64,000 nucleotides of DNA from Terriglobales bacterium (GTDB lineage Bacteria; Acidobacteriota; Terriglobia; Terriglobales; Acidobacteriaceae). Position 1 is the first letter of the stretch. Each line of letters begins with the position of its first letter. The stretch covers positions 32,836 through 96,835 of the forward strand of contig JBEKYF010000005.1 of NCBI GenBank assembly GCA_049511255.1, read 5' to 3'. The notes under the pieces are model-generated. The model saw only the letters and a list, made by a program, of their open reading frames with translations, ran no database searches and was not told the DNA's origin. Below are positions 55,746 through 64,000 of this stretch, piece by piece. The translations under genes and the position numbers were made by a program.

Positions 55746-56000
55746 GTGTGCCTTGCCATACCAGGGAAAATCCTCGACATTCAGGAGTTGGGTGAGATGC
55801 GTGTGGCCCGCGTGCAGTTCGGCGGGATTGTGCGCCAGGTATCCTTGGACTTTGTTCCCGAGGCTGGCCTGGGCGACTACGTGATGGTCCATGTTGGCTT
55901 CGCCATAAGCCGTGTGGACGCATTCGAAGCCGAGCGCACATACAAGCTTCTCGAAGAGATGGGAGCGCTGGAGGCGGAATTGCCGCCGGCGGAACAGTAA
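55746..56000 (+). CDS. hypC: [NiFe]-hydrogenase maturation chaperone HypC/HupF family
   Basis: GTG at 55746 gives (M)CLAIPGKILDI...GDYVMVHVGFAI. The family needs Cys directly after the initiator. GAGGGAGAG lies 6 nt upstream. Confidence 0.85.
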   Translation: MCLAIPGKILDIQELGEMRVARVQFGGIVRQVSLDFVPEAGLGDYVMVHVGFAISRVDAFEAERTYKLLEEMGALEAELPPAEQ

Positions 56001-56082
56001 CTTTCGCTCCCACTCACCTCCGAGGCCTCCCCAGACCCTCCCCTGTCGTTAGCGTCATTGGTTAGCGCATGAAGGTTAGTGC

Positions 56083-57180
56083 ATGAAATATCTTGACGAA
56101 TACCGTGACCATCGCATTGCACGGGCCTTGGCGGCGGAGATCGTCCAGTCGACAACCCGGCCCTGGGTGCTGATGGAGATCTGTGGCGGCCAAACCCACA
56201 CCATCATGCGCTACGGCATTGACGAACTGCTGCCGCGTGGTATCGAACTCGTGCACGGTCCGGGATGTCCAGTCTGCGTCACGCCGCTGGAAACCGTGGA
56301 CAAAGCCATCGCGTTAGCGCTGCAGCCGGACGTCATCCTGGTTTCCTATGGAGACATGCTGCGGGTGCCTGGGTCCCATTCGGATCTGTTTCGGGCCAAG
56401 GCCCAGGGCGCGGACGTTCGCATCGCGTACTCCCCGACTGAGGCGGTGAAGATCGCCCGCTCGAATCCGGATCGCAAAGTCGTGTTTCTGGCGATTGGTT
56501 TCGAGACTACGGCTCCGGCGAATGCGATGGCCGCGTGGCGAGCCAAACGCGAAGGTCTCACCAATTTTTCCATGCTGGTTTCGCACGTGCTGGTCCCGCC
56601 GGCGATCCGCGCCTTGATGGTTTCGAGCACCAACCGGGTACAGGGTTTCATTGCACCAGGGCATGTCTGCACCGTTGTGGGGTGTAAGGAATATGAGGAC
56701 CTGGTTCGCGATTTTCGCGTGCCGATTGTGGTCGGCGGATTCGAACCGGTAGATATTCTGGAGGCGGTCCTCATGCTGATCCGGCAACTTGAGGCCGGAG
56801 AAGCGCGGCTGGAAAATCAGTATGTGCGATCGGTGAGCTACCAGGGGAATCTTCCGGCACAGCAGCTCATGGCCGAGGTGTTTGAAATCGCCGATCAGAA
56901 ATGGCGCGGTATCGGCCCGATCCCGCAGAGTGGCTTGCGCTTGCGCGAGGAATATGCTGCCTTTGACGCCGACCGAGTTTTTGATTTGGGGGAAATGACG
57001 GTAGACGAACCCGCCGAGTGCATCGCCGCCCAGGTTTTGCAGGGATTGAAGAAGCCGACGGATTGTCCCGCGTTTGGCATGCGATGCACGCCGGAAAATC
57101 CATTGGGAGCGCCCATGGTCTCTACTGAAGGGGCATGCGCGGCCTACTATCACTATAGGCGCCATGCGCTCGTGAGCTAG
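56083..57180 (+). CDS. hypD: hydrogenase maturation protein HypD
   Basis: MKYLDEYRD...[11 protein letters not shown]...[11 protein letters not shown]...FETTAP...GFEP are canonical HypD motifs. Confidence 0.95.
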   Translation: MKYLDEYRDHRIARALAAEIVQSTTRPWVLMEICGGQTHTIMRYGIDELLPRGIELVHGPGCPVCVTPLETVDKAIALALQPDVILVSYGDMLRVPGSHSDLFRAKAQGADVRIAYSPTEAVKIARSNPDRKVVFLAIGFETTAPANAMAAWRAKREGLTNFSMLVSHVLVPPAIRALMVSSTNRVQGFIAPGHVCTVVGCKEYEDLVRDFRVPIVVGGFEPVDILEAVLMLIRQLEAGEARLENQYVRSVSYQGNLPAQQLMAEVFEIADQKWRGIGPIPQSGLRLREEYAAFDADRVFDLGEMTVDEPAECIAAQVLQGLKKPTDCPAFGMRCTPENPLGAPMVSTEGACAAYYHYRRHALVS

Positions 57181-57188
57181 GAGGGCAC

Positions 57189-58256
57189 GTGTCAACGAAG
57201 ACTATCGTCGAAATAAGTTGCCCGGCGCCGCTCGCGGCTAAAGACACCATTCTGCTGGGGCACGGCAGCGGCGGCAAGCTCAGCGCCGAGTTGATTCGCG
57301 ACGTCTTCCTGCCTGCGTTCCAGAATCCGGCGCTGGCGCGTCTGGATGACCAGGCCATCGTGAATGTGAACGGCCAGCGTCTAGCCGTCACCACCGATTC
57401 TTTCGTGGTAAAACCACTGTTCTTTCCCGGCGGCGATATCGGCTCGCTCGCGGTTCACGGCACGGTGAACGATTTGGCCATGGGCGGCGCAATGCCGCTG
57501 TTTTTGAGCGCCGCCTTCATCATCGAAGAGGGCTTCTCGATTGACGAGCTCCGGCGCGTGGTGAGTTCGCTGCGCCAGGCGGCAGCGGAAGCGGGCGTGC
57601 AAGTTGTTACTGGCGATACCAAGGTTGTCGAGAAAGGTAAGGGCGACGGGCTGTTCATCAACACCACAGGAATTGGACTTGTGCCCGAAGGACTCGACCT
57701 TTCCGCCGACCGTGCCCGTCCCGGCGACAAGGTGCTTCTGAGCGGTTCGATCGGCGATCACGGCATCGCGATTCTGGCGCAGCGCGAGGGGCTGGAATTC
57801 GAGACTCAGATAAAAAGCGACAGTGCCGCCTTGTATACGCTGGTAGCCGAGATGCTTGGCGTGTCTTCAAAAGTAACTCCGGAGATTCGCTGCATGCGCG
57901 ATCCGACGCGAGGCGGCGTCTCCAGCACGCTGAACGAAATCGCGGAGCGTTCGCGGGTTGGAATCGAATTGGAGGAAAGTTCGCTTCCCATCCACGAACA
58001 GGTTCGAGGCGCGTGCGAGTTGCTGGGGCTCGATCCCTTATATGTCGCTAACGAAGGCAAGCTGATCGCAATCGTGGCGCCCGAGGCCGCCGACGCGGTG
58101 CTGCAAGCGATGAGGCGTCATCCGCTGGGAGCGGAGGCGCAGATGATTGGCACGGTAAAGAAAGAGAACCCAGGACTGGTGACGATGCGAACGCCGTTCG
58201 GCACGACCCGCATTGTGGACATGCTGGCAGGCGATCAATTGCCGCGCATCTGCTAG
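57189..58256 (+). CDS. hypE: hydrogenase maturation carbamoyl dehydratase HypE
   Basis: GTG start. It has a PurM-like fold (HGSGG...MRDPTRGG) and the C-terminal PRIC motif. Confidence 0.95.
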   Translation: MSTKTIVEISCPAPLAAKDTILLGHGSGGKLSAELIRDVFLPAFQNPALARLDDQAIVNVNGQRLAVTTDSFVVKPLFFPGGDIGSLAVHGTVNDLAMGGAMPLFLSAAFIIEEGFSIDELRRVVSSLRQAAAEAGVQVVTGDTKVVEKGKGDGLFINTTGIGLVPEGLDLSADRARPGDKVLLSGSIGDHGIAILAQREGLEFETQIKSDSAALYTLVAEMLGVSSKVTPEIRCMRDPTRGGVSSTLNEIAERSRVGIELEESSLPIHEQVRGACELLGLDPLYVANEGKLIAIVAPEAADAVLQAMRRHPLGAEAQMIGTVKKENPGLVTMRTPFGTTRIVDMLAGDQLPRIC

Positions 58257-58267
58257 CGCCGAATTAT

Positions 58268-58337
58268 TGGTGGAGAGACGGGCGCCCTCGCCCGTCCACA
58301 GTTGCGCCGCCGGGCGGGGACGCCCGGCGCTCCACCA
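58268..58337. repeat. complete composite REP family A element
   Basis: The outer 8-bp arms TGGTGGAG/CTCCACCA enclose two inner hairpins, GACGGGCG-CCCT-CGCCCGTC and CCGGGCG-GGGA-CGCCCGG. The element fills most of the hypE-hypA spacer. Confidence 0.75.
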
Positions 58338-58353
58338 GCAAGATGAGAAATTT

Positions 58354-58734
58354 ATGCACGAGATGGGAATCGCGAATTCGGTGCTGGAAGCGGTCAGAAC
58401 CGAGATGGGCCTCCATCCGGGAACCTATCCGTGCAAAGTCGGTGTCCGGATTGGCGAAATGGCGGCCATCGATCAGGACGCGCTGCGCTTCTGTTTTGAA
58501 GCGATGATTCAAGAGACCGATCTGGCGTCACTTGAACTGGGGATCGAGTTCTGTCCCCGGCGCCATCGTTGTCAGGTCTGCGGACGTGACTTCGTCGTGC
58601 GGGACTACGATTGTCGCTGTCCGCAATGCGCGAGCCTCGAAACCACGTGCATCAGTGGAGATGAGTTGGAGTTGGCCTATCTGGAGGTGGAAGAATATGG
58701 ACCGAGTGCCGTTGGAGCGAAAAGTACTCAGTGA
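58354..58734 (+). CDS. hypA: hydrogenase nickel-insertion protein HypA
   Basis: MHEMGIANSVLEAV... is the N-terminal Ni-binding MHE motif. The zinc site is CQVCG...CPQC. Confidence 0.9.
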   Translation: MHEMGIANSVLEAVRTEMGLHPGTYPCKVGVRIGEMAAIDQDALRFCFEAMIQETDLASLELGIEFCPRRHRCQVCGRDFVVRDYDCRCPQCASLETTCISGDELELAYLEVEEYGPSAVGAKSTQ

Positions 58735-59377
58735 GAACGACCGCATCGCCGCCGAGTTGCGTGCCCGATTTCAGGAGCACGGCGTTTTGTGTCTGAACCT
58801 CATCAGTTCTCCCGGCTCCGGCAAAACCAGTCTTCTGGAGCGCACTCTCGAAATCCTGCCGCGGCGTGATCGCGTGGCCGTATTGACGGGCGATATTCAG
58901 ACGGAGAACGATGCCAATCGGCTGAAGCGATTTCACTTCCCGGTGAAGCAAATCACGACCGGCGGTACTTGCCACCTGGATGCTCGCATGATTGAACGGC
59001 ACTTGGCCGACTGGCGTCTCGAAGACCTGGATCTTCTGCTGATCGAAAACGTGGGCAACCTGGTTTGTCCATCCAGTTATGATCTGGGCGAAGCAGCCAA
59101 GATCGTGGTGTTGAGCGTGACCGAAGGTGAAGACAAGCCGCTGAAATATCCATCCATATTCTTCAAGTCCGACTTGCTCGTGCTGAACAAAATCGATCTG
59201 CTTCCCTACGTCCCGTTTGACATCGAAGCAGCGGCGGAGAATGCCCGCAAGGTCCACCCGGGGATGGAGATCGTGAAGGTGTCTTGCCTGACCGGCAATG
59301 GTTTGCACGAATGGATGATGTGGCTGGCGGAGCGGCGCAAAGCACACAAACCGCTGGCGCAGAACACTGCGAGCTGA
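58697..59377 (+). CDS. hypB: hydrogenase nickel-incorporation GTPase HypB
   Basis: It has the P-loop SSPGSGKTSLLE plus ENVGNLVCP and NKIDLL. It has no His-rich N-terminus and overlaps the hypA 3' end by 38 nt. Confidence 0.9.
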   Translation: MDRVPLERKVLSENDRIAAELRARFQEHGVLCLNLISSPGSGKTSLLERTLEILPRRDRVAVLTGDIQTENDANRLKRFHFPVKQITTGGTCHLDARMIERHLADWRLEDLDLLLIENVGNLVCPSSYDLGEAAKIVVLSVTEGEDKPLKYPSIFFKSDLLVLNKIDLLPYVPFDIEAAAENARKVHPGMEIVKVSCLTGNGLHEWMMWLAERRKAHKPLAQNTAS

Positions 59378-59383
59378 CGATGT

Positions 59384-61720
59384 ATGGAAGTTCGCCGCCA
59401 GATCGACGTTTCAGGCATCGTGCAGGGAGTTGGATTCCGGCCGTACGTCTATCGTCTCGCTACCGGCAGGCACCTTAGAGGCACGATTCGCAATACCTCC
59501 GCCGGAGTCACGATAGAAATCCAGGGCCCGGCAGAAACGGTCCAGGATTTCGTTGAGCACCTGCCCTCCGAAGCGCCGCCCCTGGCACGGATTACGAGTC
59601 TGGCCGTCCATGACGTCCCTTGCAATAACGATCGGGACTTTCTGATCGTTCATAGCCACGAGGGCGAAGAAGTTCGCACCCTCATTTCGCCGGACGTCGC
59701 GATATGCCCGGACTGCCTGCGTGAAATGTTCGACCCGAACGACCGGCGTTATCGCTATCCCTTTATCAATTGCACCAATTGCGGCCCGCGCTTCACCATC
59801 ATTCGCGATATTCCTTACGACCGGCCGAGCACGTCGATGGCGATGTTTCCGATGTGCCCGGCATGTCTTGCGGAATACGAAAATCCGCTGGACCGCCGCT
59901 TTCACGCCCAGCCCAACGCATGCTGGAAGTGTGGACCTCGGGTGGAACTCTGGGATAAGTCTGGAAAGCGGATCGAATGCCGCGATCCCATCGTCGAAGC
60001 GATTTCCGGCCTGCATGCCGGACTCGTCGTTGCGGTAAAAGGTCTAGGCGGATTTCATCTGGCGGCCGATGCAACCAACCGCGCGGCCGTAACTCTGCTA
60101 CGCCAGCGGAAGCGCCGGGTGGAAAAACCGTTCGCCGTGATGGTTCCGGATTTGCAGGCTGCCGAGGAAGTCTGCGAAATAGACGATGCGGCGGCGACTG
60201 TTCTGCAGTCGATCGAGCGGCCCATTGTTCTGCTTAAGAAAGTTCTGCTTCCCAAGAAGGCGCCCAGCGTGATTCCCGGCGACGTTGCGCCCTTCAACCA
60301 CTACCTGGGAATTTTTCTGCCCTACACCCCGCTTCATTACCTCCTGCTCGCCGAGGGAGGGTTCAAGGCCTTGGTGATGACGAGCGGCAACCTGAGCGAG
60401 GAGCCGATTGCGATTGATAACCGAGAAGCGATCCATCGCTTGAACGGTCTCGCCGACTACTTCCTCGTGCATAACCGTGACATCCTGCTGCGCTGCGATG
60501 ATTCTGTCGTGCGAGTCACAGGCGGAATCACGCGGCAGTTGCGGCGTTCCCGCGGTTTTGTTCCGGTACCGGTTTTCTTAAAGGAAGATCAGCCTTTGGT
60601 GCTGGCCGTCGGAGGCGAACTCAAGAACACCATCTGCCTCACCAAAGAAAAGCACGCTTTCCTGAGCCAGCACGTCGGCGATTTGGAGAACGCAGAAAGT
60701 TATAGTTTTTTCCACGAAGCCATCGAGCATCTGGAGCGCATTCTCGAAATTCGGCCGGAGATCATCGCCTACGACCTTCACCCCGACTACTTCTCCACCA
60801 AGTGGGCGCTGCAACAGCGTGGAGTGAAGTTGGTTGGCGTACAGCACCACCACGCACACATTGCCAGTTGTATGGCGGAGAATCACCTTGAAGGCCGTGT
60901 GATCGGATTCGCCCTGGATGGGACTGGCTACGGCACCGACGGACATATCTGGGGCGGAGAAGTGCTCATCGCCGGCTATAAAAACTTCGAACGTGCCGCT
61001 CATTTCGAGTATGTGCCCTTGCCCGGTGGTGCGGCCGCGATCCGTGAGCCATGGCGGATGGCGGTCAGCTACCTGGCACATCATTTCGGGCGCGAGTTTC
61101 TGAAGCCCGAGATTCCGAAGTTCGACATCCCGTTCGTGCGCGAACTCAATCGGCCAAAGGTCGACCTTCTCCTGCGCATGATGGAACAAGGCGTGAACTC
61201 GCCTCCCACCTCAAGTTGTGGACGTCTGTTCGATGCCGTGTCCGCGTTAGTCGGAATCCGTCAACAGGTCAATTACGAGGCGCAGGCCGCGATCGAACTG
61301 GAGATGGCGATGGCGTCCTCAGAGGTCGCGTCGTCAAAGATTACATCGTCAGAAGATACTGCGTATCCGATGAAGCTCGTGCCGAATGACGACCACTGGA
61401 TCATCAGCACTCGTCCGCTGTTTGAAGCGCTGCTCGATGATCTCGGCCGAAACCTTCCTGTCGGAGCGATCAGCCGGCGTTTTCACAACGGGCTGGTTGA
61501 GGGGTTCGTCGAGCTAGCAACGCTCCTGCAAAAGAAAACCGCTCTCAACCGTGTGTGCCTGAGTGGCGGGACCTTTCACAATGTCTATTTGTCGCAACGG
61601 CTCGAAGCGCGGCTATCCGAAGCTGGATTTGAGGTCTTCACGCAGAAAGAAGTGCCGGCGGGAGATGGCGGTTTGAGCCTGGGACAGGCGTTAGTCGCGG
61701 CCGCAAGACTTCACGCGTAG
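59384..61720 (+). CDS. hypF: carbamoyltransferase HypF
   Basis: 778 aa. It has an acylphosphatase-like N-terminus (VSGIVQGVGFRPYVYRLA), two CxxC...CxxC zinc fingers, YrdC-like and Kae1-like domains, and the C-terminal PAGDGGLSLGQ. Confidence 0.95.
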   Translation: MEVRRQIDVSGIVQGVGFRPYVYRLATGRHLRGTIRNTSAGVTIEIQGPAETVQDFVEHLPSEAPPLARITSLAVHDVPCNNDRDFLIVHSHEGEEVRTLISPDVAICPDCLREMFDPNDRRYRYPFINCTNCGPRFTIIRDIPYDRPSTSMAMFPMCPACLAEYENPLDRRFHAQPNACWKCGPRVELWDKSGKRIECRDPIVEAISGLHAGLVVAVKGLGGFHLAADATNRAAVTLLRQRKRRVEKPFAVMVPDLQAAEEVCEIDDAAATVLQSIERPIVLLKKVLLPKKAPSVIPGDVAPFNHYLGIFLPYTPLHYLLLAEGGFKALVMTSGNLSEEPIAIDNREAIHRLNGLADYFLVHNRDILLRCDDSVVRVTGGITRQLRRSRGFVPVPVFLKEDQPLVLAVGGELKNTICLTKEKHAFLSQHVGDLENAESYSFFHEAIEHLERILEIRPEIIAYDLHPDYFSTKWALQQRGVKLVGVQHHHAHIASCMAENHLEGRVIGFALDGTGYGTDGHIWGGEVLIAGYKNFERAAHFEYVPLPGGAAAIREPWRMAVSYLAHHFGREFLKPEIPKFDIPFVRELNRPKVDLLLRMMEQGVNSPPTSSCGRLFDAVSALVGIRQQVNYEAQAAIELEMAMASSEVASSKITSSEDTAYPMKLVPNDDHWIISTRPLFEALLDDLGRNLPVGAISRRFHNGLVEGFVELATLLQKKTALNRVCLSGGTFHNVYLSQRLEARLSEAGFEVFTQKEVPAGDGGLSLGQALVAAARLHA

Positions 61721-61777
61721 GGATCGGTGACTGCAACCGCGCGCAGGGCTCATACTTCGGTGTTGGTGGAAGCGTTC

Positions 61778-62317
61778 ATGACAAGCGGACAGACTAGCAC
61801 TGAGAAAAATCCAACTCGCGGCGCGCATTGGCCGGCAACCGTCGCTTCCCTGGCCGTGGGCGCTGCATTCTTTGCGCTGTGGTTCTGGTTGCTGCCGTCC
61901 TGGCTGAACTTTCACGTAGACGCGGCGGGTGCGGCGCGATGGCGCTGGATTGCGGCTGTGCCCTCGGCGCTTGGTTTCGCGGTGGCACTACGCTGCGTGT
62001 GGGACTTCGGATGGACGGGACACGGAACGCCGGCGCCAGTTGCTCCGCCGAAGAGGCTGGTTGTGGTGGGATTCTATCGATACGTGCGCAACCCGATGTA
62101 CTTGGGGTTCTTCGCGGGATGGGTCGGGCTGTGGGTGGTCTTCGGACGGGCGAACCTGGCCGCGATCGCGGTGGCGTGCGTCATTGTGCTCGGTGTGGTT
62201 TTGTTTGTGTTGTTGTACGAGGAGCCGCATCTGCGAAAAATGTTCGGCGCGGAGTATGAAGAATATTGTAGGAACGTCCGCCGATGGGTACCGCGGATGC
62301 GCGCTTGGCAGAAGTAA
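61778..62317 (+). CDS. ICMT/PEMT-family membrane methyltransferase
   Basis: LVVVGFYRYVRNPMYLGFFAGWVGLWVVFG...EEPHLRKMFGAEYEEYCRNVRRWVP. An alternative GTG start at 61727 lies only 6 nt after the hypF stop. Confidence 0.75.
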   Translation: MTSGQTSTEKNPTRGAHWPATVASLAVGAAFFALWFWLLPSWLNFHVDAAGAARWRWIAAVPSALGFAVALRCVWDFGWTGHGTPAPVAPPKRLVVVGFYRYVRNPMYLGFFAGWVGLWVVFGRANLAAIAVACVIVLGVVLFVLLYEEPHLRKMFGAEYEEYCRNVRRWVPRMRAWQK

Positions 62318-62356
62318 GTCTTGATGAGATCCGCTCGCGGAGCCTGCGGGGCGCAC

Positions 62357-62391
62357 AAATATAAAAAGGGCGCGGAACCTATCCGCGCCCT
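62357..62391 (-). terminator. intrinsic terminator of the S53 peptidase gene
   Basis: Perfect 10-bp stem AGGGCGCGGA/TCCGCGCCCT at 62367-62391, 27 nt after the stop. TTTTTATATTTG follows on the minus strand. Confidence 0.6.
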
Positions 62392-62417
62392 GAGATTAAA
62401 CAGCCAAAATTCCCCGC

Positions 62418-64000
62418 CTAGCTGACCGTCAGCGTGACGGTCCCAGCGGTTCCCGAAACCCCTGCCGGGGTTTTGGCGTTTATTTGGATGGGGTAGGTGC
62501 CTGCGGGTGTTCCCGGATTGCTGGGACCGCTGGAACCGCCGCCGCCGCAAGACGCAAGCCACATCGTGGAGAGACCCAGCACCACCATGAAGCTCAACAG
62601 GCGCATACAACGAGCCGCGCGCTTCCTGGAACCCACGGTAAGGACAATTCCAAAAAGTCCCGGGAGGAGCATGGCCAGGAACGTCCGGTTGCCGCGGCCA
62701 AGAGGCGAGCGCAATTGCGAGCTGCTGGGGGCGGTTGTCTGGATGCTCACCGTCGGCGTCGCCGATTGGGTCGTACTGGAGGGACTGAAGGTGCAACTCG
62801 ATTCCGAGGGAAGGCCCGTACAGCTATAGGTTAAGGGCACCGCCGTTTGGCCATTGGTGTTGACAAACCCGTTGGTGCTGGTGACGGTGATGGTATCCAG
62901 AGGGGTGCTTGCGCCCGGCGCGACAGTGTATGAGCCGGTACCTGGCGTCAGGAGGAAGTTCGGCGTGATCACAGTTACGCTGACGGAATTCGTGGATGTG
63001 GAGCTCGCGTAAATCCCGATGTAGGAAGCGGTAACGGTGTTTGTGGCCACAGGAAGCTCGCTTGTGGATACGGTTGCGATGCCCGCCGCCACTGGTGTTG
63101 TCGAGCCGCTGACTGCGGTAGTGCTGTTGTAGAGGGTAGCGGCGCCGGTCGCGGTGTTCGGTGTGCCGGTGGTGTTGGTGACAGTGACGTTAAACGTGAT
63201 GGATTCGCCTTGAAAGAATGGCGGCTGTGGCGCTGGGGCTGGCGCGAGCGCGATTGCGGTCGTGGTAGCAACCTGGAGATCGCCAAACGCCGTTGCCAGG
63301 TTGTTTGCATTCACCGAGCCGAGGCCGGTGACCAGGTTATAGCCGGTGGCGGTATCGGCGTTGGCGGCAAGGTACCCCATGGTTCCGCCAGCCGGGCATT
63401 GCAAGGCTTTGGGCTGGTCGTGGGGCATGTTGGGCTGACAATAGACAACGTTGCTGGCGGGGGCATAATTATCGCCGGTGGTGACTTGGTGGAACGCAGA
63501 CTGATTATAGGTCGCAATCTGGTACAGCCTAGGGTTGATGTTGCTCAGGCCGGGTGCGCTTTGAAATCCGTTTTTCACCACATACTGGTTCAGCAGCGTC
63601 ACTATGCCGGCAAAAATGGGCGTGGAGGAGGAGGTGCCGCCGATGATGGGATAGTAGGTCTCTAGCGCATAATTAATGCCGCTGGCGCAACTGCTGGCCG
63701 ATCCGCTGTAGCCGAGTTCCGAAATCGCGGTGCAGAAGATGTAGCCCGGGAGTTCTGATGAAGCCAGCAAAGAAACGTCGGGCGTGAAGCGGACAGGGGT
63801 CTGTCCGGGGATGGTCACGGTTTGCCAGGTCGGTTGAGCAAAGCCGCCAGTGCAGGCGTCGCTCCCGTTGATCGCGATGCAGTTGCTGGGGCCGCCACCG
63901 CTGCTCGAGATCCACCAATCTTCCTGGTAAGTCTGCGGACTCTTCACGGTTACCTGGCCGGCGTATTCCGGGGCGCAGAACGGATCTGTGGCGAAGTTGA
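62418..64000 (-). CDS. S53 (sedolisin/kumamolisin-like) serine peptidase with Ig-like domains and an internal TM hairpin, 5' partial
   Basis: The reading frame stays open to the window end. It has the catalytic Ser block GGTSSSTPIFAGIVTLLNQ, then Ig-like repeats, two hydrophobic helices around RKRAAR, the motif SCGGGG, and a short final Ig-like segment. Confidence 0.8.
   Translation of the reverse strand, partial: NFATDPFCAPEYAGQVTVKSPQTYQEDWWISSSGGGPSNCIAINGSDACTGGFAQPTWQTVTIPGQTPVRFTPDVSLLASSELPGYIFCTAISELGYSGSASSCASGINYALETYYPIIGGTSSSTPIFAGIVTLLNQYVVKNGFQSAPGLSNINPRLYQIATYNQSAFHQVTTGDNYAPASNVVYCQPNMPHDQPKALQCPAGGTMGYLAANADTATGYNLVTGLGSVNANNLATAFGDLQVATTTAIALAPAPAPQPPFFQGESITFNVTVTNTTGTPNTATGAATLYNSTTAVSGSTTPVAAGIATVSTSELPVATNTVTASYIGIYASSTSTNSVSVTVITPNFLLTPGTGSYTVAPGASTPLDTITVTSTNGFVNTNGQTAVPLTYSCTGLPSESSCTFSPSSTTQSATPTVSIQTTAPSSSQLRSPLGRGNRTFLAMLLPGLFGIVLTVGSRKRAARCMRLLSFMVVLGLSTMWLASCGGGGSSGPSNPGTPAGTYPIQINAKTPAGVSGTAGTVTLTVS

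Noticed and set aside
1-64000. Mobile genetic elements, prophage, integrons, retron/DGR reverse transcriptases and known defence systems.
   Set aside because: No translation in the six-frame track shows transposase, integrase, reverse transcriptase, Cas, restriction-modification, Abi or nuclease-NTPase signatures. The only mobile-looking sequences are the short REP-like repeats.

Overview
This is a high-GC chromosomal window. It probably comes from a soil Acidobacteriota-type genome, judging from protein architectures and REP-like repeats, which I cannot verify here. I support about 45 protein-coding genes. I found no rRNA, tRNA, CRISPR array, transposase, integrase or phage genes. All family calls come from reading motifs in the supplied translations, with no searches run.

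Content in order:
- 5' part of ugd, then a GAF-TM-TonB_C fusion protein.
- A polysaccharide deacetylase / unknown / GT39-like membrane protein cluster.
- proC and lhgO.
- A 1324-aa BNR/Asp-box plus Ig-like exoprotein.
- An isolated nuoI, then metH.
- An HD-GYP protein.
- Small secreted and membrane proteins.
- A TetR plus Rieske oxygenase pair.
- A CocE/NonD hydrolase and a DUF2252 protein.
- Two adjacent Cys-rich small proteins.
- Secreted paralogues and an NlpC/P60 peptidase.
- pxpBCA and an MFS transporter.
- An SRPBCC plus ArsR pair, then a parvulin-like protein.
- A two-partner-secretion locus: a 4431-aa TpsA, a TpsB and a LuxR-type regulator.
- A B12-binding radical SAM enzyme.
- A hypCDE-hypABF [NiFe]-hydrogenase maturation operon with no structural hydrogenase genes in the window.
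- An ICMT-family methyltransferase and a partial S53 (sedolisin-like) peptidase.

No canonical defence or mobile system is visible. The best candidates for something undescribed are:
1. The giant TPS exoprotein locus, which has a degenerate secretion motif and no recognisable effector.
2. An internal module shared by two unrelated exoproteins: Ig-like domain, TM helix, basic cluster, lipoprotein-signal-like helix ending SCGG, then another Ig-like domain.
3. REP-like palindromic elements translated in frame inside metH and the BNR protein.
4. The twin zinc-ribbon-like small proteins.

All four need database and structural checks that I cannot perform.
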